Shown here in pieces: positions 14,803 through 14,861 of a stretch of 14,861 nucleotides of DNA. The DNA comes from Candidatus Hermodarchaeota archaeon. Its GTDB lineage: Archaea; Asgardarchaeota; Thorarchaeia; Thorarchaeales; Thorarchaeaceae. The stretch spans positions 1 to 14,861 of the forward strand of contig JBHLLF010000055.1 in assembly GCA_048885865.1 (NCBI GenBank), written 5' to 3'. The notes below the pieces were generated by a model that searched no databases, had not been told where the DNA came from, and saw only the letters and a program-made list of their open reading frames with translations. Position numbers and translations under genes: made by a program. How positions within the stretch are numbered: the stretch's first letter is position 1; each line of letters begins with the position of its first letter.

Positions 14803-14861
14803 TGTCACTACCCATTTTCGCAATTGTGGATTCGCATAAAAAGTCGCCTGCAAAAATTGCC

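Noticed and set aside
14803-14853. N-terminal extension of CysRS in the ORF track
   Set aside because: The family-typical start MLQVYNTL is at ATG 14802; the extension is most likely upstream non-coding sequence.

Overview
Gene-dense archaeal chromosomal window. Two TFB genes and BRE/TATA promoters indicate Archaea; an Asgard (Thorarchaeia-like) origin is only my impression and is untested. Left to right it contains: a large secreted FG-GAP beta-propeller + Ig-like protein that runs off the left edge and is missing from the ORF track; a CoA-disulfide reductase/NADH oxidase-family flavoprotein; a macrodomain coupled to a degenerate macrodomain, divergent from a Nudix hydrolase; two tandem TFB paralogs; a double NTF2/SnoaL-like protein; an unusual Feo operon; a LarA-family enzyme divergent from the Feo operon; a small membrane protein; and cysS. 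The Feo operon has FeoA with a His/Arg insert, FeoB split into two genes, an extra 4-TM protein, a FeoC-like protein and a DtxR-type palindrome. The most interesting leads are: (1) the TFB locus, with a structured 5' leader, clustered back-to-back TATA elements and a probable ATA start with a hairpin-occluded SD for the second paralog; (2) the split, His-rich Feo system next to a nickel-pincer enzyme; (3) the macrodomain/pseudo-macrodomain/Nudix cluster. I saw no tRNA, rRNA, CRISPR array or mobile element. All alignments and structures were done by eye.
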